Counted from the stretch's first letter, positions 16,530 through 27,114 are shown. The stretch: 44,940 nt of DNA from a virus (IMGVR_UViG_3300033463_000016:125995-170934), one strand, 5' to 3'. Numbers and translations are program-made. Notes: generated by a model not told the origin, from the sequence alone.

Positions 16530-18137
16530 ATGGCAAATCAAACACGAAATAATAATACAATAGATACTGCCCCATCATATGAGTATTCATCATATGAGAG
16601 TAGAATGTCATATTCTCATTATTACTTTGGCTTTGATGTTTTCGATTCTTATACACAAGACCAATTAGCCGCATTAGTGCGTGATCCTATTGGAAACAAT
16701 GAAATCGTGCGTGAAATTTCAAGAATACTGTATGGCACAAGTGGAGTATATACTAACACTGTTGATTATATGGTGGCTATGCCTACTTTGGATAAAGTAA
16801 TTGTTACTCACGGCAAAAATTCAAGTAAGAAGCAGGCACATAAAGAACTTGTAGAATCAACATTACGCACAATCAAGGATAAAGAGTTCATCCGTGACGC
16901 TTTATTTAGGGGTATGATAGATGGAATTGCTTTTTATTATTTTGAGATTGTCGGACGCCCCGATGCTTTAGGAAAAATGCTGACCGATTATGATGTCAAT
17001 AGCATTATTGAAATCAATGAACTCGGAGTGAATGTAAGCATTATTTCCCTCCCAATCAATTATACTCGAATTGTCGGAATCAAAAACAACTCATACGTGA
17101 TTGCTTTCAATTTGGATTATTTTACTGAAGGTAATGGTGAAAGTGTTGAGCGTCGCTTAAAGAAATATCCACAGGAAATTAGAGAAGCATACCTAAAAAG
17201 AAGAAATAGTAAAGGCTTCACCGGTGGGAATTGGGTTGTATTGGATAACAACAAAACGATCGTACATAAGATTCGTAGCGATCGCAGTGAAATGTATGGC
17301 AGACCGTTAGTATTGGCGGCAATTCGTGATATTCTTTATGATGATTATTTTGTAAGCACTAAACGAAATGTACTTGGTGAAATCAATAATAAGATAATCT
17401 ACCAAACACTCCCCGAAGGTCAGAAAAAGGGAACTTGCGCGTTGACTCGTACTCAACAGGACGATCAACACAATAAAGTTAAGAGTGCCGTTATGAAGAA
17501 AAATAGTCGTGGCGGTATTTCATTCTTTACAGTTGCAGCAGGAACAAAGATAGACGCATTGGATGTTGGCAATACAGATATATTCGATGATAAGTATGAA
17601 TCGAATTTGGATAATAGAATTGCACTTGCTCTTGGTTTCGCTGCTTCCGCACTTAACGGTGTGGGTTCTGGAAGTTATTCCGGACAACAAACCAATCTTG
17701 AATTGGTTACGGCACAAATTTTTCAATGGGTAGAACAAATTAGTAATGAATTAAATAAGTGTATCCGGGCTAATCTTATTGAAGATAAGCGTAATTGGGC
17801 TGAGTGTAGATACCTGCCCATTACATATGCAAATCGTGGTAAAATCGTTGAATATGCAAAAGACCTTTACCTGCAAGGTAAGGGTTCTTTGTCTTTATGG
17901 GCGAGTGCGTGTGGTATCTCTCCCGAAGTATTCTTTGCATTGTTGGATCAAGAACTCGATGAGAACATTGAAGAAAAATATCCTGTGCATAAGACATCAT
18001 TCACGCTGTCTATGAAGGACGAATTTGCCGCTGCCGATAAAGGCGGTAGACCAAAGACAGACAATCCAACTGAGAATACGGTTAAATCACAGAATAGCAA
18101 CGGAAACGCGACCCCTACCCCATCAGATCAAAAATAA
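16530..18137 (+). CDS. Portal protein
   Basis: 535 aa directly after TerL; size and position typical of a portal. Confidence 0.8.
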   Translation: MANQTRNNNTIDTAPSYEYSSYESRMSYSHYYFGFDVFDSYTQDQLAALVRDPIGNNEIVREISRILYGTSGVYTNTVDYMVAMPTLDKVIVTHGKNSSKKQAHKELVESTLRTIKDKEFIRDALFRGMIDGIAFYYFEIVGRPDALGKMLTDYDVNSIIEINELGVNVSIISLPINYTRIVGIKNNSYVIAFNLDYFTEGNGESVERRLKKYPQEIREAYLKRRNSKGFTGGNWVVLDNNKTIVHKIRSDRSEMYGRPLVLAAIRDILYDDYFVSTKRNVLGEINNKIIYQTLPEGQKKGTCALTRTQQDDQHNKVKSAVMKKNSRGGISFFTVAAGTKIDALDVGNTDIFDDKYESNLDNRIALALGFAASALNGVGSGSYSGQQTNLELVTAQIFQWVEQISNELNKCIRANLIEDKRNWAECRYLPITYANRGKIVEYAKDLYLQGKGSLSLWASACGISPEVFFALLDQELDENIEEKYPVHKTSFTLSMKDEFAAADKGGRPKTDNPTENTVKSQNSNGNATPTPSDQK

Positions 18138-18147
18138 TTGGTAAAAC

Positions 18148-18169
18148 GCTCACCAATGGTGGGCTTTTT
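18148..18169 (+). terminator. Intrinsic terminator-like hairpin after the portal gene
   Basis: GCTCACC-AAT-GGTGGGC followed by TTTTT. Confidence 0.55.
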
Positions 18170-18201
18170 ATATAACTGCTTAATGAAAGGTGGTGAAATG
18201 A

Positions 18202-19401
18202 ATGAAAACATTTGAACTCTTTAGTGAGTCGAAAAAGAAAGGTCAAAATGGACGCCGCAAATTTAAACTGATTCTATATAAGATATATCCGGATGAATGT
18301 ATAGATGTTCAAAATGAAGTTGGAACACAGTACAACTTGAATGGCATTACTTGGATTAGAGAGTATTGCGAACAGAACTTGGACAGTATTGAAGGTATGT
18401 TCCTACGTTGTGAATTTCTCAATGATGAAAGAACAGAGATATGCGGACACGGATTGACCGACATTGTTGATGACGTGCCTATTTTTGAAAACGCAACCAC
18501 TATCGGACGTTTTACAAAAGGTTATATTCAAGAAATTGAAGATGAAAACGGAGAGAAGATTTTGGTTTGTATCGGCGAAGGAGAAATAGACAGTTCTTGC
18601 TACCATAATTTCTGTGAAAAACTTGATGACGATATTGCTCTCGGTAACTACCCGCAAGGTAGCGTTGAAATTATGCGAACCGAGGATGAAGATCGTATTA
18701 TTTACAAATATGGTTATAAGGAAAAGGGGAGAATCCCTGTTAAATTCATTCATTCTGGCTACGTATTCTTAGGCATTAAACCGAGCGATTCAACTGCAAA
18801 ATTGCTTGAATTAAACAACAAAAAGGAGGAAACGATTATGAACGAAGCTGAGGTTAAGGCTCTTGTTGAACAAACCGTTTCTACGTATAAAAACGCCGAG
18901 GTTGAGATCAATCAGTGCAAGGAGGATTGTGCAAAGCAAATCGCCGAAGCCAATTCTGCGACCGAAGCGGTCATCGTAGAAAAGAATGCGTTACAGGCTT
19001 CTGTTGATGAGTTGCAAGCCGCCATCGAAAAGTGGAAGGCAGATTACGAAACTCTGAATGCCGAACGCGATGCACTTTGGGCTGAAAGAGATGAACTCCA
19101 AAAGGCTCTTGGCGAGGCAAAAGCAAGAGAGCGCATTGGCGAAATGAATGCTGCTATCGCTGATTTCTCTGATGAGGAAAAGGCATACGCACAAGCCGAA
19201 ATTGACGCATTTAAGGAGAATCCTGAAAGCGTTGAGATCAATTCAATTATCGGTAAGATTTATGAAGGTATTGGCAAGACAACAAAGGCTGATGCCGCAA
19301 AGAGAGAAGCCGAAGTTGCTGAGCAGAATGCTCAGACTCAGGTTGAAGATATTTTCAGCGCAGTAGAATCTGCTGTCGCGGAAGATACCAACATTTTTTA
19401 A
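18202..19401 (+). CDS. Prohead protease/scaffold protein
   Basis: Globular N-terminal half and long acidic coiled-coil C-terminal half; lies between portal and capsid genes. Confidence 0.65.
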   Translation: MKTFELFSESKKKGQNGRRKFKLILYKIYPDECIDVQNEVGTQYNLNGITWIREYCEQNLDSIEGMFLRCEFLNDERTEICGHGLTDIVDDVPIFENATTIGRFTKGYIQEIEDENGEKILVCIGEGEIDSSCYHNFCEKLDDDIALGNYPQGSVEIMRTEDEDRIIYKYGYKEKGRIPVKFIHSGYVFLGIKPSDSTAKLLELNNKKEETIMNEAEVKALVEQTVSTYKNAEVEINQCKEDCAKQIAEANSATEAVIVEKNALQASVDELQAAIEKWKADYETLNAERDALWAERDELQKALGEAKARERIGEMNAAIADFSDEEKAYAQAEIDAFKENPESVEINSIIGKIYEGIGKTTKADAAKREAEVAEQNAQTQVEDIFSAVESAVAEDTNIF

Positions 19402-19463
19402 GAAAAATCAAAAATAGATTATTCAAGAAATAAGACAAAATATATGAAAGGAAGAATTACATT

Positions 19464-20009
19464 ATGATTAAAGTTCGTACTATCGGTATGTCAGATCGTG
19501 CGGTCATCAATCCCGTTCTGACTTCTGTGAGCGCTGTTAAAAATTATAGCATTCTTACTATTGGCGGCAGAACTTATCTGATTGCTAATACCGTAACTGG
19601 CGACAATGCTTATATCGACGATACAACTTTTGCGGCTGGCGAGTATCTAAAGGGTCACGACCTGAAGGCTTGGACAGGCGAAGAACTTGTTGTTGATGAA
19701 AAGCACATTGCCTATGGCGTTTCTCAAAGTTACGCAGACCTGACAAATGGCACATATCTAAAGGCTAAAGCTGATGGCTCACTTGAAATCGTGACTCCCG
19801 CTCCGACAAGTGGCTATTACTTTAAGGTTGTTGGCAAGACAACTCTAACTGAAAAGGCTGTTATCGTTACTATCGAAGTTGGCGCTGGTGCTACTCCTGT
19901 AACTACTCTTGGCGGTCTAACAGACGTTGATACTACTGGTGCTACAAATGGACAAGTTCTGAAATATGACGGTACAAAGTGGGCGCCCGCAGCAGACGCA
20001 ACTGAATAA
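19464..20009 (+). CDS. Capsid decoration/cement protein
   Basis: 181 aa, highly-expressed-type codon bias, immediately upstream of the MCP; C-terminal LGGLTDV...GQVLKYDGTKW motif. Confidence 0.6.
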   Translation: MIKVRTIGMSDRAVINPVLTSVSAVKNYSILTIGGRTYLIANTVTGDNAYIDDTTFAAGEYLKGHDLKAWTGEELVVDEKHIAYGVSQSYADLTNGTYLKAKADGSLEIVTPAPTSGYYFKVVGKTTLTEKAVIVTIEVGAGATPVTTLGGLTDVDTTGATNGQVLKYDGTKWAPAADATE

Positions 20010-20045
20010 TTAATTTAGAAATCTATAGAAAGGAAGAATATCAAT

Positions 20046-21176
20046 ATGAAAACTACATTTGAGCTGAATAATCTGCGTAAAGATGCGGATTACGCAAGTG
20101 ATTCAAAGATTACTAAGTATTCTCCGGTCGCAGAAGTTTTCTCTGCTATGGTCGATGGTAAGAACGTTGGCGATCTTGGTCTTGGTGCGAAGGCTGACGC
20201 TGCCGTTAATTACATCAAGAAACTCGGCGAACGTGCTGAAAACGGCGACTTCTCTGCCGTTGCAGAACTTAATACTCTAAGACGCTTCAAGATCGAAACT
20301 CCTGTTCTTGATGAAATCAAGCTGTTGAGCATTTTCGGTACATATCAGGCTCTTGGTTATGATGATAGCATTGAGCGTGTTATTCGTAAGCACGCCGGTG
20401 AACGTTCACGCACTCAGGCTGGTCTTGGTGACGTTGTGTTCCCTGCTATTCACGAGGAAAGATACCCTGTTGGTACAACCACAGTTTCAGGCGGTTACGC
20501 AATCGACTATCGCAGAGTTTCACTTGGCGATATGACAGATGAAAACGAAGGTCTGGCTATGGTTAAGACTGACATTATGAACAAGGCTTTGCTGTATGTT
20601 GTTGACAAGGTTTACAAGTCAATCAAGAACGCTACTGGCGTTAAGTATTTCTTGGAATGCGATGCCGGTCTGGTTAAGAGCAGCGTTGACGCCGTTCTGA
20701 CAAAGGTTCGTAAGTTCGGTAAGCCCACCGTTCTTGGTGAGTATGGATTTGTTTCTCAGTTCACTCCTTGGGCTGGCTATATTGGCGGTTGGACACCTAC
20801 AGGTGGTTCTGCTGTGACTATTGCCAATGTTTCTGAGAGAGCAATGAACGAAATCGCCGCTACCGGTCTGATCGGTTCTTACAATGGCACAACTATTAAG
20901 GAAATTCCTAATCCTTATAACGAGCTTGAACTGAATGCCGCTGGCACTGATTTTGAAACTTATCTACCTGCTGGTCTTGGTTATGTTCTGCCTACTGGCG
21001 GCAAGTCACCGATTGCTACTTGGACTCGCGGCGGTCTGACTTCTTTCACTGGTAACAATGTTGCTGATGGTAAGATTTACACCCGTTTCGACATCGAAGT
21101 TGCTGCTGACGTTGCCAAAGGTCAGGAATACAAGATTGGCGTTATCTATGATAAGGCTCTTGGTGGCTTAGACTAA
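20046..21176 (+). CDS. Major capsid protein
   Basis: 376 aa, strong codon bias, follows scaffold and decoration genes, ends at a terminator. Confidence 0.8.
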   Translation: MKTTFELNNLRKDADYASDSKITKYSPVAEVFSAMVDGKNVGDLGLGAKADAAVNYIKKLGERAENGDFSAVAELNTLRRFKIETPVLDEIKLLSIFGTYQALGYDDSIERVIRKHAGERSRTQAGLGDVVFPAIHEERYPVGTTTVSGGYAIDYRRVSLGDMTDENEGLAMVKTDIMNKALLYVVDKVYKSIKNATGVKYFLECDAGLVKSSVDAVLTKVRKFGKPTVLGEYGFVSQFTPWAGYIGGWTPTGGSAVTIANVSERAMNEIAATGLIGSYNGTTIKEIPNPYNELELNAAGTDFETYLPAGLGYVLPTGGKSPIATWTRGGLTSFTGNNVADGKIYTRFDIEVAADVAKGQEYKIGVIYDKALGGLD

Positions 21177-21204
21177 TCGGTAGTCCGATAGTCGGGTCTT
21201 TTTT
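21171..21204 (+). terminator. Intrinsic terminator after the MCP gene
   Basis: GACTAATCGG-TAGT-CCGATAGTC stem followed shortly by a T-run. Confidence 0.6.
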
Positions 21205-21315
21205 ATTATATGGGCTATTTGGCTTTCGAGCAGGTAGTTCTTTAGACAAATGGTTTGGGCGGTTCTCCTTAAACCGCCCACTTGATTATATGTACGCATA
21301 GGAGAAATAAACAAT

Positions 21316-21504
21316 ATGAAAAATAATATGAATTATTATTGCTATTCCTTGCGACAATTTCATTTTATTTCTGCGTTCGGAGAAAAGTGCTATGTATCAA
21401 AAATCAATTCCGTCAGCAAGAATCGATATTGGGTATTTAGGAAGTCTGAACGCTTGGATAAAATAATTCAACTCTATAATGAATGTAAACACCAAATTAG
21501 TTGA
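21316..21504 (+). CDS. Small aromatic-rich hypothetical protein (DUF5659-like, tentative)
   Basis: AGGAG RBS; 62 aa with YWVF..SERL..II..Y pattern. Confidence 0.6.
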   Translation: MKNNMNYYCYSLRQFHFISAFGEKCYVSKINSVSKNRYWVFRKSERLDKIIQLYNECKHQIS

Positions 21505-21540
21505 AATCTCACAAAATAATAATTGAAACGAGGTATTAAA

Positions 21541-22125
21541 ATGGCAGGAAATAAGAGTACATCTGGAAGCAAAGCGGCTTCCGAAAAAGCATCTGAAACG
21601 CAAGAACAAAAGCCAACTCCGGTAAAGAAGAAAATTGATCTAAGTAAAATTAAACTTGATGACCAAGTAACCATTCGTAATTTGGCTGGTTGGAATGTTA
21701 GTTTTAACCGCATTCAAGATCAAGGTTGGGTTGCTCTCGCTCCGAGTGGCACTCAGAGGATCAGTGTCAGTGAGATCGCTGCGCAAGTGAATAATGGTTT
21801 AACTCTATTTGTAGGAAACGATGGACAAGGTAGTCATCCAACATTATATATCGAAGATGAACTGACCCGTTATTATGTCGGTTTTGAAACTGACGAAAGA
21901 AAGCAGGAAGTGCTTACCGATAAATTGGTTCAAGAACTGTTTGCGCTTCCGTTTGAACAGTTCAAGGAGATACTACCTGAGAAAATCGTGACCCGTGCTG
22001 AGAAGTATGCTTTAGTTGAAGCGATTGTAAGGCTAAAAATTGATAGTTATTCAAAGATTCAATTTGCGGTCGAATATGCGGGATTCCCGCTACCAAAAAC
22101 AGATGGCAAGGAACATATGAATTAA
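21541..22125 (+). CDS. Hypothetical virion morphogenesis protein
   Basis: ATG at 21541 behind GAGGT; located between capsid and neck genes. Confidence 0.65.
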   Translation: MAGNKSTSGSKAASEKASETQEQKPTPVKKKIDLSKIKLDDQVTIRNLAGWNVSFNRIQDQGWVALAPSGTQRISVSEIAAQVNNGLTLFVGNDGQGSHPTLYIEDELTRYYVGFETDERKQEVLTDKLVQELFALPFEQFKEILPEKIVTRAEKYALVEAIVRLKIDSYSKIQFAVEYAGFPLPKTDGKEHMN

Positions 22126-22143
22126 GAAAAAAGGATGGTGCTT

Positions 22144-22533
22144 ATGAATACAACAGCACAAGAAGTTATAGACAGTTTTGAATCTTCATTTCAGGACAAA
22201 GCTGTTATTCCGGAAGCACTTGAATTGATTTGGTTAAAGAAAGCGATCGGTAGATACAATGTAGAACTCGGTCAGCTTACTTTTAATTCCGATAGCGGGG
22301 AATTTGAGGGCGAAATCGGACAATATGTTATTGATACTCTCGCCGCATTTATGAAGCAATACTATCAAGAACGTGAAGTTTCCAGGGTAAACAAACAGGT
22401 TTCTATTGTTGGGAAAGATTTAAGTATTGATGGCGCAGGACATACAAAGACTGCTGCAAAAAAAGAATTGGACTATTGTAATGATGTAAGTACGCAAATG
22501 GTAGCTAACCAAAAGCCGTCCGCTTATGTTTAA
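22144..22533 (+). CDS. Putative head-tail adaptor
   Basis: About 129 aa, helical; inferred from position. Confidence 0.5.
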   Translation: MNTTAQEVIDSFESSFQDKAVIPEALELIWLKKAIGRYNVELGQLTFNSDSGEFEGEIGQYVIDTLAAFMKQYYQEREVSRVNKQVSIVGKDLSIDGAGHTKTAAKKELDYCNDVSTQMVANQKPSAYV

Positions 22534-22546
22534 GGCGGTGATTTAA

Positions 22547-23617
22547 TTGGCGCAAGAATGGTACTTGATGAACACTAATCACGATACAGTTAGTGGTTTT
22601 GAGAGTGATGATTTTATGAATTGCGCACAAGACGGATTTATGGAAGCATTACAAAGTGCAATAGGTTCAGACATTGAGATTTGTAATTATGATCTGTCTG
22701 TGCGTAAGAAGCATAGGGCTATCGTTCAGGGCAATGTTCACGATACTAAATTAAAGACCATCAATAGGCAGATTTTAGTACCTATAGGAACTTGTAAAGC
22801 CGGTCAATATGTGTTTTATGAAAATAGATATTGGTTACTCGTAGGTCTTGTAGATAATAACAAGATTTATGAAAAGGCTGTTATGGTATTGTGCAATTAC
22901 TTGCTGAGTTGGAAAGACTCAAACGGAAAAATCCATCAAAGATGGGCGAATGCGACTTCCGGATCACAATACAATACAGGAGAAACGGGAGATCAATACG
23001 CGGCTATACGCAACGATCAATTATTTATTTGTATGTCTGATGATGATGATACTTTGCAAATCCCGCATAGGCAAAGATTTGTAATAGATATGCGTTGTAA
23101 ACTTTACGAAAAGTCATTTGCATCTGATGTAACGGTTGATACATCTAAACCGCTAATAACTTATATAATTACTCGTACCAACAACGTACTCTATAACTAT
23201 CAAGATAGTGGACACGCTGAGTATATGGCTTCACAGGAAGAACAACACGATAACGATGGTTATTATGTGGTTGATGGTAAGGGATATTGGCTTTGTGATA
23301 TTCCTGATGACAATGACAATCAAATGAACATTTTATCGTGTGAAATCGTTTGTGATGAGCCGGTAATTTATAACGGACTTGAACCAAATATCTTTATGGC
23401 GAAATTCTATGACGCCGAAGGAAAGGAAGTTTGGGTTAGTCCACAATGGGAGATTAACTGTGATTTCACAGAGAGTCTGAGTATTGAGTATGTAGATAAT
23501 TCAATCCGAATATCTGCCAATGATGAAAAATTACTTAATAAATCGTTTGAGTTATCATTACGTGCTTTTGACTATGATCCCACGACATTAACTGTCACTA
23601 TAAAGGGCTATTTCTAA
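22547..23617 (+). CDS. Putative head-closure/neck protein with a C-terminal Ig-like extension
   Basis: 356 aa; beta-rich; inferred from position. Confidence 0.5.
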   Translation: MAQEWYLMNTNHDTVSGFESDDFMNCAQDGFMEALQSAIGSDIEICNYDLSVRKKHRAIVQGNVHDTKLKTINRQILVPIGTCKAGQYVFYENRYWLLVGLVDNNKIYEKAVMVLCNYLLSWKDSNGKIHQRWANATSGSQYNTGETGDQYAAIRNDQLFICMSDDDDTLQIPHRQRFVIDMRCKLYEKSFASDVTVDTSKPLITYIITRTNNVLYNYQDSGHAEYMASQEEQHDNDGYYVVDGKGYWLCDIPDDNDNQMNILSCEIVCDEPVIYNGLEPNIFMAKFYDAEGKEVWVSPQWEINCDFTESLSIEYVDNSIRISANDEKLLNKSFELSLRAFDYDPTTLTVTIKGYF

Positions 23618-23629
23618 GGAGGGTTGTAT

Positions 23630-24118
23630 ATGAGAAATTCAGAAACAATAAACGAACTTGGAAAGTATAAACTTAATATACAAAAAGCCCTTTATCAAAG
23701 TAATGACATCAATGATTTGATTTTGGGAGATGTTTCTTTCAAGAGCGCTGCTGAAAAACGCAAATTGTTTAAGAAACACGTTAAATCTCATTTATTTATA
23801 GATGATGCGATTACTGAAACAGAATCATTTATCTTTTATGATGTTAGCATACCGCGAATTGCGACTAACACAAAGGCTTGTGAACTGTTACTATATGCGG
23901 TTTGCCATAGAGATATTCTTGATACCTATGATAAAGAGGGATATTACGGTAATCGTGCTGACATTCTCGCCAGTATGGTTGAGGAATGTTTAATATGTGA
24001 CGAAGAAACGTCACGCAAATTTGGCATTGGACGACTCAATTTGGACAGTGTTGGCGTATTCAATGGCAGGACTATTTATGGTCGAATATTAAGATTTTCT
24101 GTTCCGGGTTTTAGATAA
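23630..24118 (+). CDS. Putative tail terminator/completion protein
   Basis: AAGGAGG RBS; lies two genes before the tail tube gene. Confidence 0.45.
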   Translation: MRNSETINELGKYKLNIQKALYQSNDINDLILGDVSFKSAAEKRKLFKKHVKSHLFIDDAITETESFIFYDVSIPRIATNTKACELLLYAVCHRDILDTYDKEGYYGNRADILASMVEECLICDEETSRKFGIGRLNLDSVGVFNGRTIYGRILRFSVPGFR

Positions 24119-24924
24119 TGAAATTAGATTATGGAACACAAATCAGCCCCTTCCCTATTCCACTGTCCATTGGCACACTGCGGAAGCCAACTCTAAAGGA
24201 CATTTCAGAAATCGGATATGAGAGGTTTGGCTTATACGAATCATTTACGAAATTAACCCCAAAACTGTTTTACACTAAACTAAACAAAGAGAATGGCGGT
24301 GAAAAGTATTGGGAGTCTTTAGGTGAGGACGAACAATACAAACTGACTATGTTTGGTCTACTGTGTGATGATGATGTTTTGCAAAAAATGTACACTGCAT
24401 TATTAGACTTTTTCTTTGTTGAGAGTGTTCAGTTTGTGGAGAAGTGCTTCGTTATATATGACGGAGAAAAAGATGTTGATTTATCACAAGAGGATAATAT
24501 CAAAAAAATAAAAGGTGTAATTACCTTAGATACATTTAACAGTGTAATGACTTTAATTCAGCAAGTGTGCGGAATATATGACGATGCTTATGACTTAGAT
24601 GGTATGACATTCAAGAGTGAATTTGCAAAACGTAAATATCTTGAATTTCTCGAAAACAAAAAAGAAGCAGAAGAAAAGAAAGAAAAAAAGGCTGACAAAA
24701 ATATGTCAATCCCAAATATCATTTCTGCTGTTGCTAATAAGCATCAATCACTTAATTATGTCAACATCTGGCAGCTAACCTTATTTCAATTGTTGGATGT
24801 TTTTCATAGATTACAAACTAATACCATTTACGATATTGATTCTACGAGAGTGTCCGTTTGGGGCGACGAGAAGAATACTTTTGATATATCGCTTTGGTAC
24901 AAAAATGAATACGACAAATCATAG
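24118..24924 (+). CDS. Hypothetical tail-module protein
   Basis: 268-aa ORF overlapping the previous stop. Confidence 0.65.
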   Translation: MKLDYGTQISPFPIPLSIGTLRKPTLKDISEIGYERFGLYESFTKLTPKLFYTKLNKENGGEKYWESLGEDEQYKLTMFGLLCDDDVLQKMYTALLDFFFVESVQFVEKCFVIYDGEKDVDLSQEDNIKKIKGVITLDTFNSVMTLIQQVCGIYDDAYDLDGMTFKSEFAKRKYLEFLENKKEAEEKKEKKADKNMSIPNIISAVANKHQSLNYVNIWQLTLFQLLDVFHRLQTNTIYDIDSTRVSVWGDEKNTFDISLWYKNEYDKS

Positions 24925-24972
24925 TCAATCCGATTTTCGGGTTGGCTAAATTTATTTTAGGAGGAAAATAAT

Positions 24973-25740
24973 ATGGCTAAAAGTTTAGGCAAGGCTAATA
25001 GAGAAGTCTGTAACGTCAAAATTTTGGAATATGGTACAGGCAAGCCTATCTGCAACTACAAGTATGCGAATACTACCGGCTTGTCAATCACCTCTGATTC
25101 TGTTTATGCTATGGCTCACGGCACTCGCAAGATTGCTTTCAACAACCCCCTGGAGGGTCAGATCACAATTACCGCACAGGTGCTTCCGATTGAACTGTAT
25201 GCTATGTATTCAGATGGTATCATTGATACTTCTGCTAAATACTATATGTCTGAAACAATCACTTGCGCTACTGCTGGTGAACTTTCGCTGACAGTATCAA
25301 GCGGCACAATTGTTGCTGGCTCTGTGTTTGTCTATAAAGAGGGCGAATATGGCAAGACACCTATTGCCGGTACATACGCAAGCAATAAGTTTACTGCTGA
25401 AACTGCGGCTGATCTTGTTGCCACAAACAAGTACGAAGTTGGCTTTATGGTTTCTCGTTCAACTGGTGTTCAGCAAGTAACTCTGAACAACAATCGCGTT
25501 CCGAAGGATGTTATCATCACTATGGATACGTTTGATAAGGACGAGGCTGGAAATTGGGTTCCGATCCGCATCAATGTTCTGAAGGCTACTATTCAGCGTA
25601 ATCTTGACCTCAGTTTCTCATCTGAGGGCGATCCGCAGGAAGTTACTATGACCTTCGATATTCTTGAAAAGGATAAGGATAACTTTGTTGAGTACATCGA
25701 ACTCACCGAGGAAGTCACTGTAAATCCATCACAATCGTAA
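24973..25740 (+). CDS. Major tail tube protein
   Basis: 255 aa, strong codon bias, AGGAGG RBS, C-terminal LSFSSEGDPQEVTMTFDIL typical of tube proteins, followed by a terminator. Confidence 0.75.
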   Translation: MAKSLGKANREVCNVKILEYGTGKPICNYKYANTTGLSITSDSVYAMAHGTRKIAFNNPLEGQITITAQVLPIELYAMYSDGIIDTSAKYYMSETITCATAGELSLTVSSGTIVAGSVFVYKEGEYGKTPIAGTYASNKFTAETAADLVATNKYEVGFMVSRSTGVQQVTLNNNRVPKDVIITMDTFDKDEAGNWVPIRINVLKATIQRNLDLSFSSEGDPQEVTMTFDILEKDKDNFVEYIELTEEVTVNPSQS

Positions 25741-25750
25741 TGTAACAATA

Positions 25751-25780
25751 TTATGGGGCGGAAATAAATCCGCCCCATAA
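25751..25780 (+). terminator. Strong hairpin terminator after the tail tube gene
   Basis: TTATGGGGCGG-N8-CCGCCCCATAA, 11-bp perfect stem. Confidence 0.7.
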
Positions 25781-25801
25781 AACTATTCAAGGAGTAAAAC
25801 T

Positions 25802-26077
25802 ATGATTAAGGAATGTTTAGTTACTCTCGAAAACGGTGTTGTTACTGTGGTTAGATATGGAGATACGCTTGTTCAACTTCCATCAGTCCACGCGAAAACA
25901 GAAACCATCTTTGTTGAGTATAAAGATGGTAAATATGCCGTTGTCGATGGGGCAGGTTCTATTGATGAGGATGCTGTAGCCGAAGTCAATAGCGAACAAG
26001 AGTCGGTTGAAATTGAGCAGCCGGATAAAACAGTTGTGAAACCAACTGAGAAGAAAAGTAAAAGAAACAACAAGTAA
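25802..26077 (+). CDS. Small hypothetical protein
   Basis: AAGGAG RBS; 91 aa. Confidence 0.7.
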   Translation: MIKECLVTLENGVVTVVRYGDTLVQLPSVHAKTETIFVEYKDGKYAVVDGAGSIDEDAVAEVNSEQESVEIEQPDKTVVKPTEKKSKRNNK

Positions 26078-26234
26078 AATGAGCAAAGAAAGAATAAATG
26101 CTTAAAGTTGTATTATGTTCAATTTATACCGATTATAAGGGAAAGAATTTATTTTAAGCATTTAGATTCTTTCCCTTTATTTTTGCGCTTTTACGATGCC
26201 AATAATACTTGGCAAAAGATAAAGAGGTGAGAAT

Positions 26235-26492
26235 ATGAGGCAATTATGTTTTAATACGCTCGAAGAATGTTTTGAATGTTACGGGCGTGAAAACCTGATT
26301 CCTATAATGAATTTAGAACAAGCAATTTTCTATACGGCGAATGGTTGCCAGCCGAAATATGTGTGCGAAAGTGAAGTCAAATTAGGCAAGGTAACTTTTT
26401 GGTTCCATAAAGAGGAAACAAACTTCGTGTATCGAAGATGGCTGAAAAATAAGATGAAACCTAACGATGAAAAACTCAGGGAAAACATTTGA
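26235..26492 (+). CDS. Small hypothetical protein (DUF5659-like, tentative)
   Basis: GAGGTGA RBS; QAIFY..NG.QP...FWF.KEET..VY..W pattern. Confidence 0.6.
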   Translation: MRQLCFNTLEECFECYGRENLIPIMNLEQAIFYTANGCQPKYVCESEVKLGKVTFWFHKEETNFVYRRWLKNKMKPNDEKLRENI

Positions 26493-26985
26493 ATCGAATT
26501 TCAGAGATTCCGTGCCTGATTATGCGTTGATATATCGTTTACCTGACGCCGCACAGTCATTCGGACGGTCAAATACTTTGCGGTTCAGTGGAAAAAACCC
26601 GTTTGACTACATTATGTGGGATTCGCGCAAGCATATTCTTTATGCTCTCGAATTGAAAACGATTGATGGTAAATCAATTTCATTCGATCGGAGTCCGACA
26701 GATAAAAATGGAAAGATTCATTATCATCAAATTGTTGGATTAAGTAATTGGAGTAAATACGATGGTATTATCGCCGGGTTCATCATTGAATTTCGTCAAA
26801 TAGAAATAACTGTATTCATAAGAATCGCGGACTTCAAAAAACTGATAGATAAGATACCAAAAAAGAGTTTTAATTTCTATGATCTTGACACATACGAAAT
26901 CAATTATATAACCATCCAACAACATAAAAAGAAAGTAAATTACAGGTACGATGTGGACGAATTGCTGCAAGCAGTCAGTTATTAA
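26467..26985 (+). CDS. recU: RecU-like Holliday junction resolvase (PD-(D/E)xK nuclease)
   Basis: GKTFE...FDY...ALELKT...ISF...IHYHQI motif series. Confidence 0.7.
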   Translation: MKNSGKTFESNFRDSVPDYALIYRLPDAAQSFGRSNTLRFSGKNPFDYIMWDSRKHILYALELKTIDGKSISFDRSPTDKNGKIHYHQIVGLSNWSKYDGIIAGFIIEFRQIEITVFIRIADFKKLIDKIPKKSFNFYDLDTYEINYITIQQHKKKVNYRYDVDELLQAVSY

Positions 26986-26988
26986 CTC

Positions 26989-27085
26989 TGTGGCTCTGTG
27001 TGACGTTTTTATACCGAAAATGTGAAATTACATTCGTAAAACAAATGTGCGATACAGGGCAATCTGAGGCAAAATAGAACTATAC
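26989..27085. repeat. Imperfect palindromic repeat, copy 1
   Basis: Aligns by eye with 27291-27383; internal stem GCTCTGT/ACAGGGC. Confidence 0.7.
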
Positions 27086-27114
27086 TCCTGTGGGAGTATA
27101 GAAAGGAGAATAGT

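Noticed and set aside
18183-19452. ATGAARGG as a shared late-promoter motif (about 7595, 18183, 19444)
   Set aside because: The two later copies coincide with Shine-Dalgarno sequences, so the similarity is uninformative.
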